Position numbers and translations under genes: made by a program
In this document: positions 29,487 to 40,200 of the stretch, piece by piece
Layout: each line of letters begins with the position of its first letter
Position numbering within the stretch: the stretch's first letter is position 1
Assembly: GCA_964511665.1 (NCBI GenBank)
Contig: CAZEHA010000006.1
Coordinates: 17,182-81,181, forward strand
Source of the DNA: an uncultured Bacteroidales bacterium
GTDB taxonomy: Bacteria; Bacteroidota; Bacteroidia; Bacteroidales; ML635J-15
Direction of reading: 5' to 3'
DNA: 64,000 nucleotides
The notes under the pieces: generated by a model
Seen by the model: only the letters and a program-made list of their open reading frames with translations
Database searches by the model: none
What the model was told of the DNA's origin: nothing

Positions 29487-30524
29487 TTATTTTTTTTCTT
29501 TAATCAAATAAATAAACACCGGAAAGTGATCGCTATAACCTTCCATGTAGGTATCGCCAACATAGGTTCGTAATGGATATCCCTTGAAACGTCCTTCGGG
29601 CTGCATCAGAAAAGTTTTGTTGAAAACATGAGCCGAATAGAACAGCAGCCTCGACGATTCTTTATTCAGCAAGCTGGTTGTAATAATAAACTGGTCGAAT
29701 AAATTCCACGAGTCGCGCCAGGCCAACGACCCTACGCCTTTTTTATACAAGTCGTACATAGGGTTGAACAATTGTGTTTCGCTAATTTCATCGCGGCTGA
29801 AAGAGGCTTTTAAGGTTTTTTGTACACTGTGGTTGGTCGGGTCGTCGTTTAGGTCTCCTAAAAGCACAATTTGAGCATCGTTGTTACATTTCCTTATCGA
29901 ATCTACAATTTGTATGCTGAGTTCGGCGGCTTCTATGCGGAGCTGACGGCTGCGTTTCTCGCCTCCTCTTCGCGATGGCCAGTGCATTACAACAAAATGA
30001 ATTTCTTCGCCAAGCAAACGGCCACTAACCAACAGGTGATCGCGCGATTGAAAAGTAACTCCCCGCGAAAAATAAATCCGGTGTGTTACCGAATTGGTGG
30101 GTTCAAAGAAATCGGGACGGTATAACAATGCAACATCAACGCCTCTGAGATACCACGAATCGTAGTGCACTATTTTGTAATTATACGGTTTCATGGCAGG
30201 TGCATCGACCAAATCTTGCAGCACCATTCGGTTTTCTACTTCGCACAATCCGATTACCGCCGGAGGTTCACCTGTTTTTTCGGCACCAATCTTAACAATG
30301 GTGGTTGAAAGGCGCTCTATTTTCTTAAAGTATTTTTCGCTATTCCAGTTTTTATTGCTTTGCGGGTTATATTCTTTTTCATCAACTTCGGGTTGATTGA
30401 TGGTGTCGAAGAGGTTCTCAACATTATAAAAGGCTATGGTAGCAATGTGAAATTCCTTTTTTTCCTGCGACAATAGGGTGATACTCACCGCCAATAAACA
30501 GGCTATAAATAGTGCTCGTATCAT
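29487..30524 (-). CDS. secreted endonuclease/exonuclease/phosphatase (EEP) family protein
   Basis: ATG at 30524 (the caller's 30533 start is TTG) gives the signal peptide MIRALFIACLLAVSITLLSQ. It has FYNVENLFD, LCEVEN and the C-terminal YSDHFPV. Confidence 0.8.
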   Translation of the reverse strand: MIRALFIACLLAVSITLLSQEKKEFHIATIAFYNVENLFDTINQPEVDEKEYNPQSNKNWNSEKYFKKIERLSTTIVKIGAEKTGEPPAVIGLCEVENRMVLQDLVDAPAMKPYNYKIVHYDSWYLRGVDVALLYRPDFFEPTNSVTHRIYFSRGVTFQSRDHLLVSGRLLGEEIHFVVMHWPSRRGGEKRSRQLRIEAAELSIQIVDSIRKCNNDAQIVLLGDLNDDPTNHSVQKTLKASFSRDEISETQLFNPMYDLYKKGVGSLAWRDSWNLFDQFIITTSLLNKESSRLLFYSAHVFNKTFLMQPEGRFKGYPLRTYVGDTYMEGYSDHFPVFIYLIKEKK

Positions 30525-30594
30525 TTGCGTCAAAATAAATGTATTTCACTGCAAATATAGCAGCTTTTCTGTGAATGCTTGCGAAATTATCAGC

Positions 30595-31527
30595 CTATTC
30601 TACATTGTGCTTTTTGATATACGAAAAAATGGCTCCCTCTTTAATGGAATACCTCGAGTGAATTATATGTTTTAAATGGAGCCGTTGTATTAAATGCTGC
30701 ACAAATGCCAACGCCAGCGGCATCAGGTCAACCCTCATGGCTTCCATGCCCTCTAAGGCCAGCCGCTGTTCACGGTTGAGTGTAAACATCTTTCGGCAAA
30801 CAATGTCGAAGTCGGCTACACTTATTGTGTGCCTGTTCATATGAAACAACGATGTGTTGTTGCTACATCTGATAATGCTCGACAGGGTTTCGAATGTGCC
30901 CGATGAGCCGGCCAAAGTATCGATATTGTATAATTTCATTTCGCTGTATAGCTCCGATAACACTTTATCGATATAATCGAACACCGGTATTAAATTGTTG
31001 TTAATGAGTGGGTCTGCTAACTGAAACATGTTTAGCAAACGCGAAATGCCCAAATCGAAGCTTTTCTTCCATAATATGGTTTCGCCCTCGAATATAACAA
31101 ATTCGTTGCTGCCTCCTCCAATGTCGAGTAACAGCATGGGTTTGTCGGTGTACTCTATGGCCCTCAGCACACCACTGTGAATTAGTTGTGCTTCGTCGCT
31201 GCCGCTTAATATCTTAAACCCGATTCCGGTTTCTTTTTTTAGCAATTCCACAATGTGTGCACCATTATCAGAGCTTCTGACGCCCGATGTGGCATTGGCA
31301 ATTACAACATCGGCATGATGCAGTTCAATTAGATTTGAATATTCACTTACAATTTCGAGGCATCTTGCAACAGCATCCTGCGCAATAGTTTTGGCGTTTA
31401 CACTGTTCTTCAGCAGCATTACTGCCCGTTTTTCGAGGCATACCGTTTCTAGTCGATTGTTGTTATAATCGGCAATGAGCAAATTGCAGGTATTGGTACC
31501 CAAATCGATGGAAGCAAATCGTTGCAT
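30595..31527 (-). CDS. Ppx/GppA-family phosphatase (short, N-terminal-domain form)
   Basis: ASIDLGTNTCNLLIA and DIGGGSNEF are ASKHA-fold motifs. It starts 4 nt after the ABC permease stop. Confidence 0.85.
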   Translation of the reverse strand: MQRFASIDLGTNTCNLLIADYNNNRLETVCLEKRAVMLLKNSVNAKTIAQDAVARCLEIVSEYSNLIELHHADVVIANATSGVRSSDNGAHIVELLKKETGIGFKILSGSDEAQLIHSGVLRAIEYTDKPMLLLDIGGGSNEFVIFEGETILWKKSFDLGISRLLNMFQLADPLINNNLIPVFDYIDKVLSELYSEMKLYNIDTLAGSSGTFETLSSIIRCSNNTSLFHMNRHTISVADFDIVCRKMFTLNREQRLALEGMEAMRVDLMPLALAFVQHLIQRLHLKHIIHSRYSIKEGAIFSYIKKHNVE

Positions 31528-31531
31528 CGAG

Positions 31532-32926
31532 TTAGTTTTTATAGCGCAGCCATTTCCACAACTCTTTGTAATTCACTTTTTTACCGTACATTAATATGCC
31601 AGTGCGATATATTTTAGCAGCCATCCAAACCATAAACACAAAACTGATTACCAGCAGAGCCATCGATATGATAACATCCTGAATGGGAACTTCAAAAGGA
31701 ATGCGAACCATCATAACAATGGGAGAGGTAAATGGTATTATCGAGAACCAGTAGGCCAGGCTACCGCTTGGGTTGTTGATTGCCGACACCATAACAATAA
31801 TGCCGAGAACAAGAGGAATGGTTACCGGCAACATAAATTGTTGTGTGTCGGTTTCGTTATCAACGGCAGCCCCAATTGCAGCAAACATAGCTGCATACAG
31901 CAGGTAGCCACCCATAAAATAGAAGAGAAACATGCCGATAACCAATGGGAAATTAATAGCTTTTATCGAATTGAAAACTTCAGAGAACTGTGCAGCACCT
32001 TCGTCCACGGCCTTGTCGGCATCAATAAGTGTTCGCCCGGTGCTGTCGGTGGGTACCTGTGCCATTTCGGCAATTTTCGAAGTGTCAATCAGCACCGCCT
32101 GAGCAACAGTAACCAACCCGAATGTGAGAACTACCCAAAGCAAAAACTGGGTTAGGCCTACCAAAGCTACCCCGATTATTTTCCCCATCATCAGCTGATA
32201 GGGTTTTACCGATGAAACAATTACCTCAACTATTCTACTGGTTTTTTCTTCGATTACACCACGCATTACCATGGACCCGTACATAAACACAAACATATAA
32301 ATCAGAAATCCCGAAATGTAACCCAAAATCATCGATATTTCGGTTGATGTTTGTGTTTCTACACCATCTTCACCAAGTTTATAAGTAATCACATTAACAT
32401 TGGAGTTCACCACGCGAAGTATTTCTTGCATCGATTCGGGTGTGATGCCTAGGTCTTTCCCTTTTTCGGCCAGTTTAATGTCTTCGATGTGTTTTTCGAG
32501 GCAGTTGGCAATGTGCATTTTTAACCCGAGATTGGGTTGTTGGTAACTGAACAGCTGCACGCGCCCGGTACCCATGTTAATTACATTATGTGGTATGTAC
32601 AATAAAGCATAGTACTTTGAGTCTTTTAATTGATTTTTTGCCGAATCCATGCTCATGTTCAACATATAATCAAATTTGATGAACTCAGTATCTTTTAGTA
32701 TTCTGATGTCAATTTTACCGTCATCGCTGGTTATAGGGGCAAACAAATACGAATCGTCGATAACGGCAACATACTTCAGTTCGTCTTCTTCCATTTGAGC
32801 CAGCAGGGCAGGGGCAACCATCAGTGCTGCAAATAGCAAGGGACCTAGTATGGTCATTATGATGAACGATTTTTTCTTTACGCGGGTTACATATTCCCGT
32901 TGTATGATAAGACCTGTTTTACTCAT
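31532..32926 (-). CDS. ABC-2 type exporter permease (NatB-like)
   Basis: 464 aa with one N-terminal TM helix, a large extracytoplasmic loop, and five or six C-terminal TM helices. Confidence 0.85.
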   Translation of the reverse strand: MSKTGLIIQREYVTRVKKKSFIIMTILGPLLFAALMVAPALLAQMEEDELKYVAVIDDSYLFAPITSDDGKIDIRILKDTEFIKFDYMLNMSMDSAKNQLKDSKYYALLYIPHNVINMGTGRVQLFSYQQPNLGLKMHIANCLEKHIEDIKLAEKGKDLGITPESMQEILRVVNSNVNVITYKLGEDGVETQTSTEISMILGYISGFLIYMFVFMYGSMVMRGVIEEKTSRIVEVIVSSVKPYQLMMGKIIGVALVGLTQFLLWVVLTFGLVTVAQAVLIDTSKIAEMAQVPTDSTGRTLIDADKAVDEGAAQFSEVFNSIKAINFPLVIGMFLFYFMGGYLLYAAMFAAIGAAVDNETDTQQFMLPVTIPLVLGIIVMVSAINNPSGSLAYWFSIIPFTSPIVMMVRIPFEVPIQDVIISMALLVISFVFMVWMAAKIYRTGILMYGKKVNYKELWKWLRYKN

Positions 32927-32960
32927 TTTGTTGTATGCTTAATAATAATTAACATCTGAA

Positions 32961-33905
32961 CTAATTGATTTTTGTCTCGTTGCTTGGCCCCGACGATTGA
33001 ACGGCTTTAATAAATATGTCGTTCATGCTGGGCTTCACCATTTCGAACGATTTCATATTTCCAAATTGCAGCATGTGTTTAATCAGGTCGTTTTGGCTCA
33101 TCGATGAGTCGGTTAAACGAAGTTTTATGCTGCTAATACCGTTGTTTTCTGCAGTTTCGATAATTTCGTAGTTGGTGGCTAATGTAGCAGCCAGTTTCTG
33201 AAAATAGCCAAGATAGGTAAACTCATAAATGCCGCTTGCATATGTATCGCGAACATCGTTTATATTGCCGTCGAGGATTTTGCGCGATTTGTTGATGAGT
33301 GCTATATGGTCGCAAATTTCTTCGACCGAGGCCATATTGTGCGTCGAAAATAAAATGGTGGCCCCATCAAAGCGGAGTTTTAAAATTTCTTGCTTTAGTA
33401 AGTTGGTATTTATCGGATCGAAACCACTGAAAGGCTCGTCAAAAATCAGCAGACGGGGCTTGTGAAGTATAGTAATAATGAATTGTACCTTTTGCTGCAT
33501 CCCTTTCGATAACTCTTCAACTTTCTTGTCCCACCATTCGGTAATCTCAAATTTTTCGAACCAGTATTTCAGTTGTTTGAATGCGTCATGGCGGTTTAAC
33601 CCCTTCAATCGACTCAGGTATAGTGCCTGTTCGCCTACTTTCATCTTTTTGTACAATCCCCTTTCTTCGGGTAGATATCCGATGCTGTGAATGTGTTTGG
33701 CCGATAGTTTTTCTCCGTCAATATAAATACTTCCGCTATCGGGTGCGGTTATCTGATTCAAAATCCTGATAAAGGTGGTTTTTCCGGCACCATTAGGCCC
33801 CAAGAGCCCAAAAATACTGTTCTGTGGTACCGCGAGGTCGAGGCTGTCGAGAGCCAAATGACCCGAATACCGTTTTACAACCTGTGTGGCAGTTAAAAAA
33901 CTCAT
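32961..33905 (-). CDS. ABC transporter ATP-binding protein (NatA-like, with C-terminal DUF4162-like extension)
   Basis: Walker A GPNGAGKTT, signature LSKGMQQK, Walker B LLIFDEP. The ATG at 33905 (MSFLTATQVVKRY) is preferred over 33932. Confidence 0.9.
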   Translation of the reverse strand: MSFLTATQVVKRYSGHLALDSLDLAVPQNSIFGLLGPNGAGKTTFIRILNQITAPDSGSIYIDGEKLSAKHIHSIGYLPEERGLYKKMKVGEQALYLSRLKGLNRHDAFKQLKYWFEKFEITEWWDKKVEELSKGMQQKVQFIITILHKPRLLIFDEPFSGFDPINTNLLKQEILKLRFDGATILFSTHNMASVEEICDHIALINKSRKILDGNINDVRDTYASGIYEFTYLGYFQKLAATLATNYEIIETAENNGISSIKLRLTDSSMSQNDLIKHMLQFGNMKSFEMVKPSMNDIFIKAVQSSGPSNETKIN

Positions 33906-34151
33906 GTTTTCAATTTTTTGCGAAGATAGCAATTTTGATGTGCTTTGACCCCGGTTAACATTTCTTTTAGAAATAACTTTTTAACTGTCGAGCATATTTT
34001 ATGGCAGACCATTTTGTTATGATATATGCCGTATATATAAAAATAGCAAGAAAGTCCTATTGTAATTGTCTTAATATTAGGCAATTGACGTTTATTGCTG
34101 ATTTGTGAATAGAATTTAACATTTTTTTTCGCATATTATCTAATAATGTAT

Positions 34152-34159
34152 TAAATTTG
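34152..34159 (+). promoter_or_regulatory. candidate -7 box (TAAATTTG) upstream of the giant gene
   Basis: It matches TAnnTTTG 55 nt upstream of the ATG at 34215. There is no clear -33 TTTG. Confidence 0.3.
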
Positions 34160-34214
34160 GAGCGAGGAAAATGTGTTCTGAAGAATTTTTTAAGTAACTA
34201 TAAATTAACAGCTT

Positions 34215-37200
34215 ATGAGAAAACTATGCTTAAGTTGTGTTCTTGTTGTGTTATTTTCTGTTGTTTCGTTCGTTACGAATGCGCAATGGGCTGTAACTGC
34301 AATTGACACTGAATTTGTTATCGATTTCGATAACACGGTTAACGGGGTAAACAATGGTGTGTATGCAGGCACCGGTTTTTTAAATGATCCCGGCGATGGG
34401 CAGCTTGATGCTGATGCCTGGGAAATAACAGGCATGAGCGAAGGCGATAAGCTATTTGGTGCCGAGGCATCAACAGGCGATTTCGCACGAGGCACTTCCC
34501 AGTCGCTCACTTCGGGTGGTTTGTATTCCTACGAAGTAGAAACCGGAAACTTTGCTTTTGGTATGCTGCCGGCCGGTAGCGATATCACGCCCGGGTACAT
34601 TGCAATTAAAATGCAAAATAATACGGGCGAAGCAATTACAGGTGTTGAGTTCTCTTATGACATCTGGGTGCTCAACTGGGCAGGCCGCTCTCAAAGTTTC
34701 AACGGCGAGGTGTCGTTCGATGGAATCAACTGGATACCTATCGATGACTTTTTATTCACTACACCCGAAGTTGCCGATGCTACACCGGCATGGGTAAAAA
34801 CTTCGTTTACAAGCGGAGGTGAAATGGCCCTTGCCGCCGGCGATTACTTGTATTTCAGATGGTACACCGACGATGTTGGCGGTTCAGGTTCTCGCGACCG
34901 TATTGCTATCGATAATATTAAAATAAAACTTACCACAGACGAAGAACCTACCGGAGAAAATTGTTTATTAGCACTCGACTATGGGTTTGTTAACGACCCT
35001 GCTGTAGAAGGAAGTATCGTTGCCAGTCAGGCAGTTTGGTACAAAGTGAATCTGCCTGCTCCAATGTATAATGTGGTGTTTTCTCTTTGTGGCTCTTCGT
35101 TCGATACCCAACTGGAAATATGGGTTAATTGCGAAGATGCAACCTACACATATTACAACGACGATTTTTGCGGAACAGCATCTCAGATAACGGTTCCCGA
35201 TCTTGCTGCGGGCGATTACTTTGTTAAAGTGCTCGGTTACGGAACTGCCTTCGGCGATTATGTATTAAATATTACAGGAGCTACCTGTGCATCTCCGGTG
35301 GCGCTTTCTGCTACAAATGTAACAACTGAAGGAGCCGATTTGTCGTGGTCGCCGGTAAGCACCGAAACCATGTGGGTGGTTGAAGTGGGTCTTCCCGGAT
35401 TTATACCCGGAACAGGAGCCGCTGTTGTTACCATCGAAGACATTCCCAATCCGTTTGTAAGTGTTACCGGCTTGAATCCGGCCACAGCTTATCAATACGC
35501 GGTTAAAGCCGTGTGTGGGGTTGACAACGAAAGTGGATGGTCAAATAATTTTGCTTTCACCACTGCGTGCAACGTAGTATCCGATTTTCCGTTTGCTATG
35601 AATTTCGACGATGCCACTTTCCCACCTGTATGCTGGACTAATGTTAGAACAGCCGGAACCGGAACCCCGGGAACATGGAATCGTTCTACTACCGGAACCA
35701 ATCCTACCTGTTCACCCAAAAGTGGTGCCGGAATGGCTAGGTACAATTGTTATAATCTTAGCGGTGGTACCATGGGTATTTTGGTGACACCCCAGCTCGA
35801 TTTCCCCACCGACAACTATGTAGTTGAGTTTTGGATGTTCCGCGATAATGGATATACCACTTATTCAAACGAAAAGGTAAATGTATATTATAATACCGAG
35901 AACAATCTCACTGGAGCCGAGTTGATTGGTACAGTAAGCAGGTATTATGGTTTTGCACCTGTTGAAGCTGTAGCCAACCAATGGTATCAATATAGCTTCG
36001 ATTTGCCGGGTGGTAAATCGGGACTTGGATACATTATATTAGAGGCAGTAAGTCAATATGGCAACAATATCTTTGTTGATGAAATGAATATCAGAGCCAA
36101 ATCGACCGAGACCGAAATTATTACCTACAGCTTGCCCGGACAAACCGGAGCGCCTGTATTTGGCGATCATACCATCGATGTGGAAGTAGCTATTGGAACC
36201 GATGTAACTGCCTTGGTTGCCGGCTTTACTCTGTCAGATGGTGCAAGCGCATCTGTTTTGGGCGTAGCTCAGGAAAGTGGAGTAACTCCTAACGATTTCA
36301 CCAATCCGGTTACCTATGTGGTTACAGCCGAAGACGGTGTTACTACAGCCGATTGGGTGGTAAGCGTAACCGAAGCCACATCGCAAAGCAGCGAAAACGA
36401 TATTATTACGTTCAGCTTCCCGCAACAAACCGGTGTTGCCACTATCGATGCCGAAAATCATACTGTGGCTATCGAAGTTCAGTGGACAGCGAATATTGCT
36501 GACCTTACACCCACAATTACCGTTTCGCCATTGGCAAGTATCTATCCTGAAAGTGGAGTTGCCCGCGACTTTACCAACCCTGTGGAATACACAGTTACTG
36601 CCGAAGATGCCAGCGAGCAAATTTGGACAGTATCGGTAAGTCAGGAGGCTATTCCTGCCGGTGTCGATTGTGCCAATGCACAAGTTGTTACGCTACCGCT
36701 CGATGCTCCCTATGCCGATTTGGCACAGACCAACTGCGGCATGCTCAACAGCTACAGCAATTCATGCATGGGTTTCTACGATGGCGGCGAAGACTTTATT
36801 TACCGCCTCGATGTTACCAGCGCCGTACAGGTAACCATAACCATGGATCCCAAAACTACAACCTATTCAGGTTTAGGTTTGCTTGATGGATGCCCCGACA
36901 CAGGTGCATGTATTCAGGTTGCCACGGGTTCAGGTGCAGCACCAAGGGTAATAACCAGAATCTTACAGCCCGGTACCTATTATCTCATGGTTGACACTTG
37001 GGCAGCCCCCAACTGCATACCGGTATTCGACCTGACTATTACAGCAGTTAGCTGTTTGCCCCCTGCAGCTTTAACAGTGAGCAATATTACACAAGGTACA
37101 GCCGACGTAAGCTGGACAGCTCAACTGGGCGAAACTGTTTGGAACTTGCTGTATGGTGAAACCGGATTCGATCCGCTCAACGAAGGTACATTGGTTGAAG

Positions 37201-40200
37201 GCGCAAGCAATCCATACACCATTACCGGTCTTGATGAAGCTACAACTTATCAGGTATATGTGCAAACCGATTGTGGCGGTAGTGTAACTGCATGGACAGG
37301 TCCACAAAGCTTTACCACACTTGCTTCATGTCCTGCGCCAACGGGTCTTACGGCAACCAATGTTTTATACAATCAAGCTAATTTGCAATGGAATGCCAAT
37401 ACTGCTACCGAATGGAACATAGAATGGGGTTTGTTTGGATTTGCCCAAGGAACCGGAACTCTTCTCGAAAATGTTACCGATAATCCGTATCTGCTCGAAG
37501 GTTTAGAGGCTTTGACCCAATACAGCTATTATGTACAGGCTGTGTGTGGTGCCGAACAAAGTGTATGGGCCGGACCTTATAGTTTTACCACTACATGTGC
37601 TCCTGTAACCGCATTCCCGTTTGTTCAAAGCTTCGACGATGCCACATTCGCACCAGCTTGCTGGACAAATGTTAGAACAGCAGGAACCGGTACGCCCGGA
37701 ACATGGAATCGTTCTACTACCGGAACCAATCCTACCTGTTCACCCAAAAGTGGTGCCGGAATGGCTAGGTACAATTGTTATAATCTTAGCGGTGGTACCA
37801 TGGGTATTTTGGTGACACCCCAGCTCGATTTCCCCACCGACAACTATGTAGTTGAGTTTTGGATGTTCCGCGATAATGGATATACCACTTATTCAAACGA
37901 AAAGGTAAATGTATATTATAATACCGAGAACAATCTCACTGGAGCCGAGTTGATTGGTACAGTAAGCAGGTATTATGGTTTTGCACCTGTTGAAGCTGTA
38001 GCCAACCAATGGTATCAATATAGCTTCGATTTGCCGGGTGGTAAATCGGGACTTGGATACATTATATTAGAGGCAGTAAGTCAATATGGCAACAATATCT
38101 TTGTTGATGAAATGAATATCAGAGCCAAATCGACCGAGACCGAAATTATTACCTACAGCTTGCCCGGACAAACCGGAGCGCCTGTATTTGGCGATCATAC
38201 CATCGATGTGGAAGTAGCTATTGGAACCGATGTAACTGCCTTGGTTGCCGGCTTTACTCTGTCAGATGGTGCAAGCGCATCTGTTTTGGGCGTAGCTCAG
38301 GAAAGTGGAGTAACTCCTAACGATTTCACCAATCCGGTTACCTATGTGGTTACAGCCGAAGACGGTGTTACTACAGCCGATTGGGTGGTAAGCGTAACCG
38401 AAGCCACATCGCAAAGCAGCGAAAACGATATTATTACGTTCAGCTTCCCGCAACAAACCGGTGTTGCCACTATCGATGCCGAAAATCATACTGTGGCTAT
38501 CGAAGTTCAGTGGACAGCGAATATTGCTGACCTTACACCCACAATTACCGTTTCGCCATTGGCAAGTATCTATCCTGAAAGTGGAGTTGCCCGCGACTTT
38601 ACCAACCCTGTGGAATACACAGTTACTGCCGAAGATGCCAGCGAGCAAATTTGGACAGTATCGGTAAGTCAGGAGGCTATTCCTGCCGGTGTCGATTGTG
38701 CCAATGCACAAGTTGTTACGCTACCGCTCGATGCTCCCTATGCCGATTTGGCACAGACCAACTGCGGCATGCTCAACAGCTACAGCAATTCATGCATGGG
38801 TTTCTACGATGGCGGCGAAGACTTTATTTACCGCCTCGATGTTACCAGCGCCGTACAGGTAACCATAACCATGGATCCCAAAACTACAACCTATTCAGGT
38901 TTAGGTTTGCTTGATGGATGCCCCGACACAGGTGCATGTATTCAGGTTGCCACGGGTTCAGGTGCAGCACCAAGGGTAATAACCAGAATCTTACAGCCCG
39001 GTACCTATTATCTCATGGTTGACACTTGGGCAGCCCCCAACTGCATACCGGTATTCGACCTGACTATTACAGCAGTTAGCTGTTTGCCCCCTGCAGCTTT
39101 AACAGTGAGCAATATTACACAAGGTACAGCCGACGTAAGCTGGACAGCTCAACTGGGCGAAACTGTTTGGAACTTGCTGTATGGTGAAACCGGATTCGAT
39201 CCGCTCAACGAAGGTACATTGGTTGAAGGCGCAAGCAATCCATACACCATTACCGGTCTTGATGAAGCTACAACTTATCAGGTATATGTGCAAACCGATT
39301 GTGGCGGTAGTGTAACTGCATGGACAGGTCCACAAAGCTTTACCACGCTTGCCAACTGCCCTGCTCCCGATGCTTTAGGTGCAGAAAACATCACTTCTTC
39401 ACAGGCCGATCTCATCTGGACAGCGACTGGCGGCACAAGTCTTTGGAATATTGAATGGGGCTTGTCAGGCTTTACTCAGGGAGAAGGCACCTTGGTTTTG
39501 GGAATTGATGCAATTCCTTACAATCTTGCCGGTCTCGACCCGCTAACTACATACAGCTTCTATATACAGTCCGATTGCAGTGGAACACTTAGCGCATGGG
39601 CCGGTCCCTATAGTTTTACCACTGCCTGTGGCGTTGAAACAACATTCCCCATAGTTGAAACATTCGAATCAACAACATTCCCACCAACATGCTGGACTCG
39701 CATAGCAGGCTCAGGCAACTGGACCCGTAGTGCATCAGCCGGAGGCTATGGAAACAGCACTGCTTCAGCTTATGTTAATTTCTATGGTATTTCGGGCACC
39801 GACCCCATGCATCTCATCAGTCTTGAATTTGATGCCAGTGGTATTGTTAACCCGCAACTATTGTTCGATTATGCCTATGCAACTTATGGAGCTGAATATG
39901 TTGATAAACTCGAAATTTTCTATTCTACCGATGGTGGAACAACATTCGAGTTGCTCGAAACCATGCTGGGTGGTGTATCGGGCACACTAAATACAGGTGG
40001 TGTTGTTTCAGGTTCGTTTATTCCCAATGCTTCGCAGTGGGAAACAAAGATGTTGTTCCTGCCTGCAGGTACCAATTTCGTAAGATTTACGGCTACCAGT
40101 GCCTGGGGTAACAACCTGTACATCGATAATGTTACAGTTCAGCAAGGTCCCACCTGTGTTGAACCTACTGCACTTGTTACTTCGGGAATTACCAGTTCGG

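Noticed and set aside
33933-34214. Possible invertible (phase-variable) promoter upstream of the giant surface-protein gene
   Set aside because: I looked for flanking inverted repeats in the 282-bp AT-rich spacer. I found only short palindromes such as caattg. No site-specific recombinase is encoded anywhere in the window.
36234-38914. Duplicated ORF pairs (36234-36683 = 38262-38711, 36433-36639 = 38461-38667, 36623-36886 = 38651-38914, 37071-37307 = 39099-39335) as possible repeated small genes or a mobile element
   Set aside because: They are shadow frames of the perfect intragenic repeat inside the 3,297-aa ORF. I saw no terminal inverted repeats and no transposase-like sequence.
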